Shown here one piece after another: positions 12,473 through 24,500 of a stretch of 64,000 nucleotides of DNA (its first letter is position 1; every line of letters starts with the position of its first letter). The position numbers and the translations under genes were made by a program. The notes beneath the pieces were generated by a model. The model saw only the letters and a program-made list of their open reading frames with translations. It did no database searches and was not told the DNA's origin. Origin of the DNA: Massalongia carnosa. Lineage: Eukaryota. The DNA lies in assembly GCA_965645245.1 (NCBI GenBank), contig OZ287082.1:806001-870000 (forward strand). The letters are read 5' to 3'.

Positions 12473-14681
12473 ATCGTGCCACGCCTCGCCCCCTAGCGGG
12501 GGTGCTGGCTACCCAAATGACGTACACTACCCATATGACGTTTTTAATTAAAAAACTCTATTAACTCCTTAAAGGTAGCCTCATCCTCATATTCTATCTC
12601 TAATAACTCTATCCAGGTGTTGGTCCACTGATCCGCTTTCTTACCTATCAATTTGAAGCCTTGGGCGCACTGTTTATTCCACTTATTTTGTGCATTTGCA
12701 TCGATCCTGTTACAGCGCCGCCGTATAAGGCTGATTATTCCTAAGCCTGATGACTCAGCGGTGCTGAACACAGTCATACTATAGTCAGGTCAAGCGATGA
12801 CTAATGGGACGGGACAGAAGGTCTGAGCCCATGGAGGAACGTCCGCCCTTAGTTGGCATAGTTGGCAGAGTACTGAAGAAACTCGACCTCGACTATTCCC
12901 ACTGATCTATATAATATGGTGTTAGGCCCACCTAGATAGATCATCTTACAATTTAACTACTCCGTACTAAATTGTTCTACTCTTAACCCACTACACTACT
13001 CCTAGTCCCGAGTCACTCTCACAGATCCTCTCTTGCTCCTTCGCTCTATTATGCTTAGCCACTTTCTCTATCCTCCAGGCCTAGATTTTTCCTCTTGCGT
13101 TGCCCACAGTTATAGCACCGCCCTTTTGAGCAAGCGATCTATCTAGTGCTTCTCTTTTTGAGCGTTGTTTGTGATAATTTTGAGTGGCTGCAATGTCTCG
13201 CTCCGCCAACGCTAGCGAATTCGCATCTTCGAGCGACCCCTTTAAATATTGATTCATCTTTTTACGACGATCCTCGGGCAAATAAAAGCCTTCTAGACCT
13301 CTTTGTAACTCCCTTCCGAGTCTAAACAGCTGCTTAGGACCATATGGGGTGCCATGAAAGGATGGTGACGAGCCGAAAGGGTCCGGAGATGGCTCCTTTG
13401 AAGGGGGTTGCCAGCCACTTATTTTATCTAGCACTATCTTGGGTGAGTAAGGAATTAGACCAGTGTGTTCGAAGGCCGATAGAATATTTGATCTAGTAAA
13501 GGCCTTTGCTCGCATGTCTGTAAAAGCGGCAAAAAAGTCTTGTTTGTTGAAATTATCGCTCCCGAGTCGAACAGCATCGTCAATTACATCGGAATGATAG
13601 TGCTTCATGGGCTGAAATATTCCCACATCCAATGGCTGAGTAACATGTATAGAATGCGGGGGAAGATCGAACAAGATGATATTCTTGTGATTGCAGTACT
13701 CAATAATTCGTATGTAAGATGAGATCCATAATTGTCCAGATGAGGAGTCTCCAGCCATCTACCTGAGTCTTCCGACTATGTTTTTCAAAGTGCTGTATCC
13801 ACTCATAAGCCTTAACATCATCGGAATACCCAGAGGAAGTAGTAGCAAGCAGTATATCGTCGTCGAGGTCGTTTTCTTGCACCCATTTATTTAGAATATA
13901 AACTCCGGGCACGATGAGCATCGGAGGGATCGTCGCTCCTCCACCACTAATACTTTCAACGTCACTGATCAGATCACGTACACCCGGATCAGTAACACGA
14001 TCAGGACCTTTGGCAAGCAATGTGATGACAGTATGACCCCTGCCAACGCCTATCCGAAAGCCTGACTCGTCCATGTTCCAAATATCTTCGGGTCCGATCC
14101 TCGTCTCGTGACACATTTGACGAAATTCATGGAAGTAAGCCTTTGCAACATCGTTTGTAAGGGAAGTCTTCCTTTCGACTGCAAGAGGTGTCTGCTTCCT
14201 CCTATGAAATTGAGGGTGCTGAGCTAGAAATCGTGCTGGCCAGTGCTGTCCGACTCGGGGGGGATCGACAGGATTCGCCTGAGCAAGAAGGTAATTTGCT
14301 GCACCCTGCAGATGCCTGATGCGCGCAGAAATCGATGGTTTATCCAGTCGTGTCAAATATATGACTATTGCACCTCTTTGATCGTCAGTTAGAGCATGAC
14401 TGACCATGAGGCTCAAGTTCAAAGAAGGAAGTATGGGTTCCAGCAATGCGTCTCTGAAGAGTTCTGACTTTGACGTTGAATGCGACGGCAGCATCGGTTG
14501 CAAAGCGTTATTCGCCATCGCCAATAGCATCCAGGGCATCCTGAATATGATGCTCCAATTCTTCATAATTGGTAGGCATTGTGTTGTTGAATGGTGATCG
14601 TTGAATAGTAGAAGTCAAAAATCGAAAAAAACGTCATATGGGTGGCCAGCACCCCCGCTAGGGGGTGAGGCGTGGCACGAT
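12473..14681 (-). mobile_element. Fot1/pogo-family DNA transposon with frameshifted DDE_1 transposase
   Basis: About 50-bp TIRs atcgtgccacgcctc.../...gaggcgtggcacgat with TA on both sides. Motifs IWNMDESGFRIG and LPPHSIHVTQPLDVGIF in ORFs 14566-13700 and 13758-13081. Confidence 0.93.
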
Positions 14682-15133
14682 TAGTCTATCTATTGTGACT
14701 ATCACGTTGTGTAGCCCCTGTGGATCCCGTCTTCCAGTAGTGAATGCCTGCTGGGAGAAGGTCTCCTCGTTTCATCGAGAGTCGCTTTAATGTCTTCAAC
14801 TGTTTCGACACGACAAGCTAAATATCTTGAAATTGTGAAATCATGATATAAGAGATTCATCACGAAAGAATTCGAATAGAAATCTGTGCACTCAAGCTTC
14901 AGGAATATACGTTTGAAAATTCTACTGAAAAGAAGAAGAATAGCGAAAGCCTCGCGTCTTGACGTGAATTTAAATTACGACGTAACGAAGCAGGATCTGA
15001 TTGTATTTTACAGTTTGACGCCTCGAAGCAGGCTTCTAAAGCGTTCATAGGCGGCTACGTGTCCGTTTTCGCGCTGTCGCTTACTCTTTGTTCTCTTTTC
15101 ACTAGCTCCTCTGCGAACGCTAAAGTCATACTA

Positions 15134-15204
15134 ATCGTGCTGAACCACTTTCGGAAAGGAAGGGCATCCCTTACCCTTTCATTCCGAAAGTGGTTTAGCA
15201 CGAT
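15134..15204. mobile_element. 71-bp pogo/Fot1-type MITE
   Basis: atcgtgctgaaccactttcggaa / ttccgaaagtggtttagcacgat inverted repeat flanked by TA. Confidence 0.8.
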
Positions 15205-15568
15205 TAATTCTTTATCGTAGACAAATAGTGTTGAAATAGGTATATGACTATGGCTATATAGCTATGTAATAATAAAGGTATGTATGACCGTGATGTTAAG
15301 GATGAAGAGTTGCTATGCAGCAATCTTTTCCTATTACTGGTCACCCTTCTAAGCGAGGTGATCTTATCTTATCTTGGGACTAAGCCTAATGCGGCATCTA
15401 CGGTTTCCGTAGATCATCTGTCAATCTAGGGCAGCCGTAGGTGCTATGTTCATTGAATTGATAGGTGTTCATTGTGCTGGTAGGAATTGGATATTCAACA
15501 CCCCCCCTCAAGTCCTACCAGTACTTGTTTCCATCGTAGATTCAACCGTGATTGAACTTCTTAACCTC

Positions 15569-18500
15569 TCATGTCTGTTTGTCCATGTTGAGCTGTCTGA
15601 TAAAGGAGAAGAACTTGACGTGCGTAAGGGGTTTTGTCAGTCCATCTGCAAACATGTCTTCGGTCGAAACATAGGTGAGGTCGATTCTTCCTTCTAGCAC
15701 CTCGTTTCGTATGAAGTGGTGCTGAATGTCGATATGCTTGGTCCTGGAGTGTAATACGGGATTATTGGCCAGTGCTATGGCGCTTTGGTTGTCGCCTTTC
15801 AATGCAATTGTGCCTTCTCCTCTTAACACGTTTATTGTCGGGGATCCGTCATCAGAAGTCTTCAATCCGAGTTCAGTCATCAGTAAACGTAGCCATGTAG
15901 CCTCCTTTGCTGCTAAGGTGAGTGCCATATACTCTGCTTCGGTTGATGACAATGCGACGGTCGTTTGTCTTTTGGAACACCAGCTTATTGGTCCATTGTT
16001 CAGTATGAACACATAACCCGAGGTGGATTTTCGCTGCTCTTTGTCTCCGGCCCAGTCAGAGTCAGAATATCCTTGTATACATAAATCTCCCCCACCGAAG
16101 GTGATGCCTCTATTCTTGGTACCGCTAAGGTATCTGAGAATGTGTTTGGCCGCTTCCATATGTGTTTTGCCTGGATTCTTTGCATGGCGACTGACTACGG
16201 ACGTTGCGAAAGCTATGTCTGGCCTGGTTTCTATCATTGCGAACATGATGGATCCAACCATGGTTTGATATTGCTTTATGTCCTTGTCGGAGGCCTGAGA
16301 TTCATTGATGAAGAGACAGCCTTCTCGCATGGGAGTGTTTGTTGTCTTTGCGGTTTGCATATGGAATCTTTCCAATACCTTCTCGATATAGGCTGGTTGA
16401 GATAGCTTTATGGTTTTGTTGACTCGATCTCGTTCGACTTTGAGGCCTAAATAGTAGCTGATTGGTCCCATGTCTACCATCTTGAAAGCTAGCTTGAGCT
16501 GTTTCTTGACTTCGGTGATCATCGGGGAACCCTTTGGGCCTATGATGTTCAAATCGTCAACGAAAGAGGTAACAATGGGTCCTTTTATCCCTTGAGATGT
16601 GACGAAGATGCTATGATCTGCGTGGAGTTTCTCCAGTCCTAATTTGCTCAATAGAAAAGCTGATAGTCGTTCATACCAGAGACGCGGAGACTGTTTCAAA
16701 CCGTACAGGGCTTTATTCAGCCTGCACACCATGCCAGCTGTGTCATATCCTTTCGGCATGTGGACATAGATGAGTTGATCGATGAGACCGTTCAGAAAAG
16801 CTGTCACTATATCTAGTTGCTCGATGTCCAGATCATGATGGGCAGCTAGCGCGAATAGCAAGCGAAAAGCCATTGGTTTGACCACAGATGCAAAGGTTTG
16901 ATCGAAATCTACTCCGTATTGTTGTAGATATCCTTTGACAACCCATCTGGCTTTAAAGCGAACGATCTTTCCATTTACGTCCCGTTTCAGCTTGAATACC
17001 CATTTGCCACTCAAGACTATATGTCCGGGTTCCATGGACTCGGTGGATAATGTATCCCAGGTGTTGTTCTCCAGCAGACTTTTGATCTCCTCATCCATTG
17101 CCAGACTCCATGCGTTTGCGTATTTGGAGTTCATTGCTTGATGATATGTTTGTGGCTCAGCTGTGTCTGACTGAATGAACGCATCGTAGTCGTTCAGGTA
17201 TGCTGCTCCCTCTATTTCCAGTTCTTTGGCCAGAAGTATGAGTGGGTCTTCTTCGTCTCTATCTGCCAGTGTGGGGATGTGTTCTGGTTCACTTAATGCC
17301 TCATTTGACAGGAGACTCAGCACTTGTGCGACATGGGCGTGTTTTCTGGTTCTACCTCGTCCACGTTTGGGGATTTCACTTATCTTGGAATTCAACTCTG
17401 GTTGGTCTTTTGAAGGAGTGGGACTGATTTCGAGTGTGATATCTTTCTCGTTTTGAATCATTATGGAATCGTACGTGGGTAGATCGGTCCCATCTTTGAA
17501 TGTGGCGTCTTCATGAATCCGTAAGTCCTTGACCCTGATGACCTTGTAGTCTTTTTCCATAAAGACGCGATAGATGGTGCTTCCGTCATATCCACACAGG
17601 ATTCCTTTCTGAGCCCTCGGAGAAAATTTAGCAGCCTTGCTGTTTAGTCCTTTTCGCTCTTCTTCGTGAATCAACGCATAGACTGTGGATCCGAGAATTC
17701 TCAGGTGATCCAGCTTAGGTGACTTCTTCTCGAAGATCTCATACGGGGTTTTACCTGCCAAGGCGTTGGTTGGTCTGACGTTCTTGGTGTGAACCATGGC
17801 TAGAACTACTTCTGCCCACAAGTAATCGGGAATGTCTCCGGCAATGACACTGCATCTTGTCATGTCCATGATGGTTCTGCCCATTCGTTCCGCGACTCCG
17901 TTTTCTTCTTGAGAGTATGGAGCAGCTGGTTCAAACGTTATGCCTTGTTCCAGGAACCAAACGTCTGACTTGTTACTGCGAAGCTCCGTACCGAAGTCAG
18001 TGCGAAAACTACTTATGGGTTTAGCCTTTCCAGATTTGTTTTGGGCCATGCTGTAGTACGTCAACAAGTGATCAAACCATTCACTCTTCTTGTGTCCGGT
18101 ATAGACATGAGTGTATCTGCTAGCATCACAGGTGAAAGTGAAGAAGTAAAGTTCTTCAAGAAGTCCTGCTGGCTTGATTGGTCCCACTAGGTCAGAGTTT
18201 ATCTTTTGAAAGAGCTCTGTGGCCCTCTCTTGCTGTGTTCGGTTGTATATCTTTTTGGCTTTTCCCATTTCGCATGCATGGCAAAACCAACCTTGGTTGA
18301 TATCGTCATCGTACGTTATGTCTAGCGTTTTCAAATATTTTCGACACGTCGGAATGTTGAGATGACCAAGCCTTGCATGCCATGTAGTGAGTTTTGATTT
18401 GACAGATATTTGACAGATAGTGACGTCCAGTCCTTGATAGGTGTCCTCGTCCACTTTGCTCAAATGCATCCTCATATCTGGGGTGTCAACGGTCTGTAGC

Positions 18501-18892
18501 ATGAAGTTGTTGTCAACTCTCGGTACGTGCCCTATGACTTTTGCAGTGGATCCCATGAACAGTCTCCAGTTTGAATTGTCATAGAAGATATCGTGTTGAT
18601 TCAGCATTCCCAAACTCACAAGGTTCACCGGACATTGAGGAATGTAGAGAACATTGTTAAGAATCAGTATCGACGAGGGTAAGCCGTCCTCCATGATCAA
18701 TGTCTTATGAATGGTTCCTCTTCCTGGCGACGTTCCTGTGGACGTTGACCCTGCTAGATCAGTGGAGTAGCTCGTATAGTCAGTGAACGAGTATCTGTGG
18801 TTGCATACGTGCATATCTGCAGCGCTGTCCAATAACCACGAGTTCTTGTTCAGATTCGTCATGGTCATGACTTTTTGCAGTCTTGTGGCCAT
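15569..18892 (-). CDS. pol: Copia pol polyprotein (PR-IN-RT-RNaseH), 1107 aa
   Basis: Motifs WLLDSAADMH, WHARLGH, RTDFGTE, ENGVAER, ALYGLKQSPR, FVDD, YSDSDWAG and RTKHIDI. Confidence 0.95.
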   Translation of the reverse strand: MATRLQKVMTMTNLNKNSWLLDSAADMHVCNHRYSFTDYTSYSTDLAGSTSTGTSPGRGTIHKTLIMEDGLPSSILILNNVLYIPQCPVNLVSLGMLNQHDIFYDNSNWRLFMGSTAKVIGHVPRVDNNFMLQTVDTPDMRMHLSKVDEDTYQGLDVTICQISVKSKLTTWHARLGHLNIPTCRKYLKTLDITYDDDINQGWFCHACEMGKAKKIYNRTQQERATELFQKINSDLVGPIKPAGLLEELYFFTFTCDASRYTHVYTGHKKSEWFDHLLTYYSMAQNKSGKAKPISSFRTDFGTELRSNKSDVWFLEQGITFEPAAPYSQEENGVAERMGRTIMDMTRCSVIAGDIPDYLWAEVVLAMVHTKNVRPTNALAGKTPYEIFEKKSPKLDHLRILGSTVYALIHEEERKGLNSKAAKFSPRAQKGILCGYDGSTIYRVFMEKDYKVIRVKDLRIHEDATFKDGTDLPTYDSIMIQNEKDITLEISPTPSKDQPELNSKISEIPKRGRGRTRKHAHVAQVLSLLSNEALSEPEHIPTLADRDEEDPLILLAKELEIEGAAYLNDYDAFIQSDTAEPQTYHQAMNSKYANAWSLAMDEEIKSLLENNTWDTLSTESMEPGHIVLSGKWVFKLKRDVNGKIVRFKARWVVKGYLQQYGVDFDQTFASVVKPMAFRLLFALAAHHDLDIEQLDIVTAFLNGLIDQLIYVHMPKGYDTAGMVCRLNKALYGLKQSPRLWYERLSAFLLSKLGLEKLHADHSIFVTSQGIKGPIVTSFVDDLNIIGPKGSPMITEVKKQLKLAFKMVDMGPISYYLGLKVERDRVNKTIKLSQPAYIEKVLERFHMQTAKTTNTPMREGCLFINESQASDKDIKQYQTMVGSIMFAMIETRPDIAFATSVVSRHAKNPGKTHMEAAKHILRYLSGTKNRGITFGGGDLCIQGYSDSDWAGDKEQRKSTSGYVFILNNGPISWCSKRQTTVALSSTEAEYMALTLAAKEATWLRLLMTELGLKTSDDGSPTINVLRGEGTIALKGDNQSAIALANNPVLHSRTKHIDIQHHFIRNEVLEGRIDLTYVSTEDMFADGLTKPLTHVKFFSFIRQLNMDKQT

Positions 18893-18904
18893 GACCTGTG
18901 TGAG

Positions 18905-19823
18905 TCAACTACTCACCGTTGGAATGTTGGGTGATGTATGAGGTAAGTCCGCCTTCGTTTCTGACGAGGTAGTCTTTTGTTTCTTTGCTCTTCCGGATTC
19001 GAGCGAACTTCTATGTCTTTTTAGCTGTGGAAACTTCTGCCAACAGTTATCTGGCCAATGACGAGTGTTCTTTCTCTCGACACATTCAGAGAAGGTGCAG
19101 GTCCCAAATGGGGCTCGACCTCTCGAGTCAGGTGTGCTGATATGAAGTGCCTTGGTGTTTTTCATGTTGACAGAATAAGCAACAATGGTCTTCATTGCTT
19201 CCGACAGGTTTGTGGTTTCGTGTGTCCAATCTCGTCGAAGTTGGGCTATCAATGGGGAATAGACGTCTGTGGTGTTACCCAGCATCATTCCCTGAAGCAT
19301 GAACTCCACGGTATGCACATCCACTTTGGCCTTGTCGTCCAGCATTCCTTTAATTTTGTTTAAAGCGCTCTCGTACTCTGCACAGTATAGGCTGGTGGTC
19401 TCGAAGTCAGTCATCTTCTTAGAACTAACCTTCAGAATGATGTCGCTGATGCTCATTGGTGCTATATTCTTGGAATCTATCCTTCAGGATTTTCCACATT
19501 TCTGCCGCATTCTTGTTGTCGATGAGGCTGTAATGGCACTCCGCAACTAATCCGTGAATGATTCCTATAGCCTTGGTCATCTCGGCCTTCTGTCTATTCT
19601 TCTCGTCACGCAGCTCTTTTACCAAGATGCTGACAGAAAGACCTTTGGCGTCGAAGCCTGCTTGTATTAAACCTTCCTTGATGGTTTCAGCGGTGATTTC
19701 TGATTGATTCTCTAGAATGGCTCCTTCGCAGTTATTCTTGAGCAGAATGCCCTTCGTATAGCTTGCCCATGCCGAATATCTTTCGGCCTTCTCCAAAAGA
19801 TGTGACGTATCTATGATAGACAT
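18905..19823 (-). pseudogene. gag: Copia gag with one frameshift near 19470
   Basis: Overlapping ORFs 19823-19425 and 19456-18905. Cys/His knuckle-like CTFSEC...HWPDNC. Confidence 0.8.
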
Positions 19824-20325
19824 AATGGGAGAATGGGGAGCAATTGAACAAGGCGAGAAACTTGTATAAGTAGTGACTGAAAGAATGTGGATCTGTGACC
19901 TTTCTTATAGACAAGGAAAAGACTGTCCCTCCTTAGCCAGTGTCCACTCTGATGTCTCAACAGAGAAACCTGTTTGCTTAACATGCTTGTTTGCCATGAT
20001 GAGAATTTCAACTTAGGCTTTTTCAAGGGTCCAATTGACCAAAATGAAATTGAGCGCAGGGTTCTTCCAATTTGATTTAACCGGCCTTGGGCCGATTAAA
20101 TAATAAGAGGCAACTGCCGCACAATCTCACCTAGTGCCTTAATGAGGCATAATTGCCAAAAAGAAAGGTCTTTGTGCCTTCGATCAATGAGTTTACTAAG
20201 CTCTTTGATGTCCGATGGATTTTGTATTTTTGCGTGTCCAGAATTCAATCGCGGTTGAAACTGACGCTTTGATGATATTTGTACCAATGGGGCGCTCAGG
20301 CCCAGCAATATACTTTTTTGCCATC

Positions 20326-20715
20326 GACCATCGAGCTTAGCAAGCTCTTTGGTGTCCGAGGACTTGATTGCCTTCGACCATCGAGCTTAGCAAGCTCTTT
20401 GGTGTCCGAGGACTTGGTTGCCTTCGACCATCGAGCTTAGCAAGCTCTTTGGTGTCCGAGGACTTGGGTGCCTTCGACCATCGAGCTTAGCAAGCTCTTT
20501 GGTGTCCGAGGACTTGGGTGCCTTCGACCATCGAGCTTAGCAAGCTCTTTGGTGTCCGAGGACTTGGGTGCCTTCGACCATCGAGCTTAGCAAGCTCTTT
20601 GGTGTCCGAGGACTTGGTTGCCTTCGACCATCGAGCTTAGCAAGCTCTTTGGTGTCCGAGGACTTGGTTGCCTTCGACCATCGAGCTTAGCAAGCTCTTT
20701 GGTGTCCGAGGGCTT
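20326..20715. repeat. 50-bp tandem repeat, about 8 copies, in the Copia-1 5' UTR
   Basis: Unit gaccatcgagcttagcaagctctttggtgtccgaggacttggttgccttc starts every 50 bp from 20326. Confidence 0.95.
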
Positions 20716-21500
20716 CGGTGTAGTACGATCAATGTGTTCATGCTCTTTCTAACACGCAATTTTTGTGCTTCTGACAAGAAATCGCTGTGTACAGAAGAGA
20801 GAACTGATTGATGTGATTTGAGGGATCGTTTCTAAAGACACAGAAAGATTTTAGTCATGTGTCTACGATTCATTGAATAGGAACGATGCTTAGCTGATTG
20901 CACTGCGATGCTGCGGATTAAAAGCTTCGATTCGTTTTAAATCGATAGCACCCTTCCGGGCTCATAACCTGTTGAAATAGGTATATGACTATGGCTATAT
21001 GGCTATGTAATAATAAAGGTATGTATGACCGTGATGTTAAGGATGAAGAGTTGCTATGCAGCAATCTTTTCCTATTACTGGTCACCCTTCTAAGCGAGGT
21101 GATCTTATCTTATCTTGGGACTAAGCCTAATGCGGCATCTACGGTTTCCGTAGATCATCTGTCAATCTAGGGCAGCCGTAGGTGCTATGTTCATTGAATT
21201 GATAGGTGTTCATTGTGCTGGTAGGAATTGGATATTCAACAAATAGTCACTCTTACTATTTTTCTTAAACAAATTCAGCATGCAGTATAATAGCATTTTA
21301 AGACGAGTAAACCTAATTCTATCGATAATGCATTCTACAGTACGAAGTGAACCGCGTGCACAAAGCTCTTCAGCCTTGCTGCAGCTGCACCTGTCCTTCC
21401 TTTTCAGCTCGTCCGCCCCTCAGCCTTCCGTCTTTTATCGTGTGTTGAACTCCTCAATCATCCTCCCTTTACGTCTCCGCAAACTTCGCTCACCTTCCAC

Positions 21501-24500
21501 ATGGACCCAATCAGTACAACAGCAAGCATTATTGCTATCCTCCAGCTTTCGAGTAAGGTTCTTGGATACCTGATCGATGTTGAAGATGCCTCGAAAGAAC
21601 GCGCAAACTGCGCGGTTGAGGCAGCCAACCTTCACAGTCTTCTCACAGCCCTCAGGTTCCGCCTCGAGGAAGGAGACTCTAATACTCCGTGGTACACTGC
21701 GGTCCGGGTCCTTGCAACTGAGAATGGTCCGCTTGATCAGTTCAAGCAAGCGCTAGAGCAGCTGCAGAAAAAGATAACCGGCGGGGGCAAGATAAGGAAG
21801 GCGGGCAAGGCGTTAGTATGGATGTTTAAGAAAGAGGAGATTGCCAGTATATTAGGCCGGATGGAGCGCCTAAAGGCACTCATAGAGGTTGCATTGCAGA
21901 TGGATCATTTGTCAGTTCATATCAGTAGTTAGCTACATTTTAATGAGGTCGCTAACGTATCAAGTAAACTATCACAAGCGATGAAAGAGAGCGGAGATGC
22001 AACCCGCAGTAACGTGGAACTTATAAGGAACAATACTAACTTCATACGCCATGAAGCCGAACATGCGCACCATGGCAAGCTCATGGAATGGATATCACCC
22101 ACGGACTTTCCTGCACAACAATCTGATATCATTGGCCGCAGACAGCAAGGGACTGGCCAGTGGTTTCTCAACGCCTTCGAGGTCGCGCAGTGGCTTAGAG
22201 AGCCGAAAGGGACGCTTTTCTGTCCTGGCATTCCTGGGTCCGGCAAGACTATGATAGCAGCCATCGCCGTTGACCACTTATTGAAGACAGTACAGAGCAG
22301 CTCCATCGGAGTCGTTTATGTATACTGTAACTACAAGGCTCAGGAAGAGCAGAGTACTAGCAATCTGCTGGCCGCTATTCTCAAACAGCTCGTACAGACC
22401 CGATCATCACTTATGGAGCCTGTGGAACGATTATACGTGGAGCATGACAAACAGAAGACGAGACCGTCAGTTGATGAGATCTTTGCGGCTCTGCTATACG
22501 TGCTTGCAAAGTTGTCTGCCGTACACGTCGTAATCGATGCTGTAGATGAGTGTCGAGACAGCGATGGCACACGCCGTATCTTTCTAGCCAAACTTCATGA
22601 TCTCCAAGCCAAGACAGACTTACGCATAATGGTCACCTCGCGCAACATTCCAGACATCATTAAGGAGTTCAAAGCAGCGCTAAGACTAGAGATACGGGCA
22701 AGCGACGAGGACGTGAAGCGGTTTGTAGCTGGTCAGGTTCACCGGCTGCCGAGATGCATTCAGCGTGACGCTGCTCTACAAAATTTGATGCAAGACAAAA
22801 TAATAGAGGCGGCAAACGGCATGTAAGCTTTACTCTCGGCTTGTTAAGATTAGAATAGGCTTACTGGTTCCTAGGTTCCTTCTCGCTCGCTTGTATACAG
22901 ATTCGCTCCTAGACAAGAGGACCTCGAAAGAGGTTAAATCAACTTTAATCAGACTCTCCAAAGGCTTCACCGCACTCGATGACGCATATAGAGGCGCTAT
23001 TCAAAGAATAGAAGGCCAACTAAGTGAGGATTTGAAACGAGCAAAGAAGGTCCTCTACTGGATCACGTACGCGAAAAGGCCGATGAACACGGCTGAGATA
23101 TGCTGTGCTTTGGTAGTAGAGCCAGAGGAGGTGGAGCTTGACCTAGAGAACATACCTGAAATTGAAGACTTGATATTAGTATGCGCCGGTCTTGTCGTGG
23201 TCGACCCGGAGAGCGACATAATCCGACTTGTACACTACACTGCACAGGAATACTTCGAGCGCATTAGGGAACAGTGGATACCTAGTGCTCTGCTGCAAAT
23301 CACGTCAACATGTCTTACCTACCTCTGCTTTGATGCTTTCAAGCATGGTAGTAGTGCCACTGATGAAGAGTTTGAGAACAGGCTTCGGCAAAGCAAATTC
23401 CTAGACTATGCTGCCAAGCACTGGGGAGAGCATGCAATAACAGTCCAAGGCGAGGCATGTGAGCAAGTTTGTTCATTTCTTCTTCATAAAGGTTTAATTT
23501 CATGTGCTGCACAGGTGTTATTAGCTCCAGCTTATAAATTTGAGGGCTACAGTCAACAGTATCCTAAGGAAACAATAGGTTTGCATTTGACTGCACGATT
23601 TGGGTTGTGTCTTATGTCAGAGAAAATATTGCCACGCCAAGTTCACGAAGTAGAGATCGCAGTTACCAACAAAGACAGCTTTGACCAGACTCCCCTATAC
23701 CTTGCGGCACAAGATGGGCATTTTGAGATGGCGAAGCTGCTACTTGAAAAAGGGGCTGATGTCAATGCGCAAGGTGGACATTTTGGTTACGCACTTACGG
23801 CAGCTTCCGACAAAGGCTACGAGCAAATCGTAAGGCTATTAATTGAAAAAGGCGCCAACGTTAACGCGCAGGATGGAGAAGGCTGGAACAGCAACGCACT
23901 TCAGAGTGCTTCTGAACAAGGTCATGAGCAGATTGTAAAGTTGCTACTTGAAAAAGGGGCTGATGTCAATGCGCAAGGTGGATATTTTGATTATGCACTA
24001 ACGGCAGCTTCCGAGAAAGGCTTCGAGCAAATCGTAAGGCTGCTACTCAATAATGACGCTGACGCCAATGCGCAAGGTGGACATTTTGAATACGCACTTA
24101 GAGCAGCTTCATATCAAGGCCACGAGCAAATTGTGAGGCTGCTGCTCGATAACGGCGCCGACGTCAATGCTCAGGGTCGATACGGTGATAACGCACTTAT
24201 AGTAGCTTCTAAAAGAGGCAAAGAGCAGATTGTGAGGCTACTGCTCGATAACGGCGCCGACGTCAATGCTCAGGGTCGATACGGTGATAACGCACTTATA
24301 TTAGCTTTTAAAAAAGGCCACGAGCAAATTGTGAGGCTGCTACTCAATAATGGCGTTGACGTCAATGCGCAACTTCAAAGAGCGTCTAAGGAAGGCGACG
24401 AGCAAATTGTGAGGCTGCTACTCAATAATGGCGTCAACGTCAATGCTCAGGGTCGATACGATGATAACGCACTTATAGTAGCTTCTAAAAAAGGCCACGA

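Larger units (their letters stand above)
15229..21241 (-). mobile_element. Full-length Ty1/Copia LTR retrotransposon (Copia-1)
   Basis: 272-bp LTRs at 15229-15500 and 20970-21241, with one difference seen. TSD AATAG. PBS GGTTATGAGCCC (20969-20958). PPT tgaggggggg adjacent to the 3' LTR. Confidence 0.96.

Noticed and set aside
14684..15130. Unassigned intergenic sequence (also 6178-6620 and 52710-53000)
   Set aside because: No recognisable ORF, termini or RNA structure could be supported.
20326..20715. CRISPR-like appearance of regular repeats (also 26713-27037 and 11836-11990)
   Set aside because: Units are head-to-tail with no unique spacers, there are no cas genes, and the context is eukaryotic.
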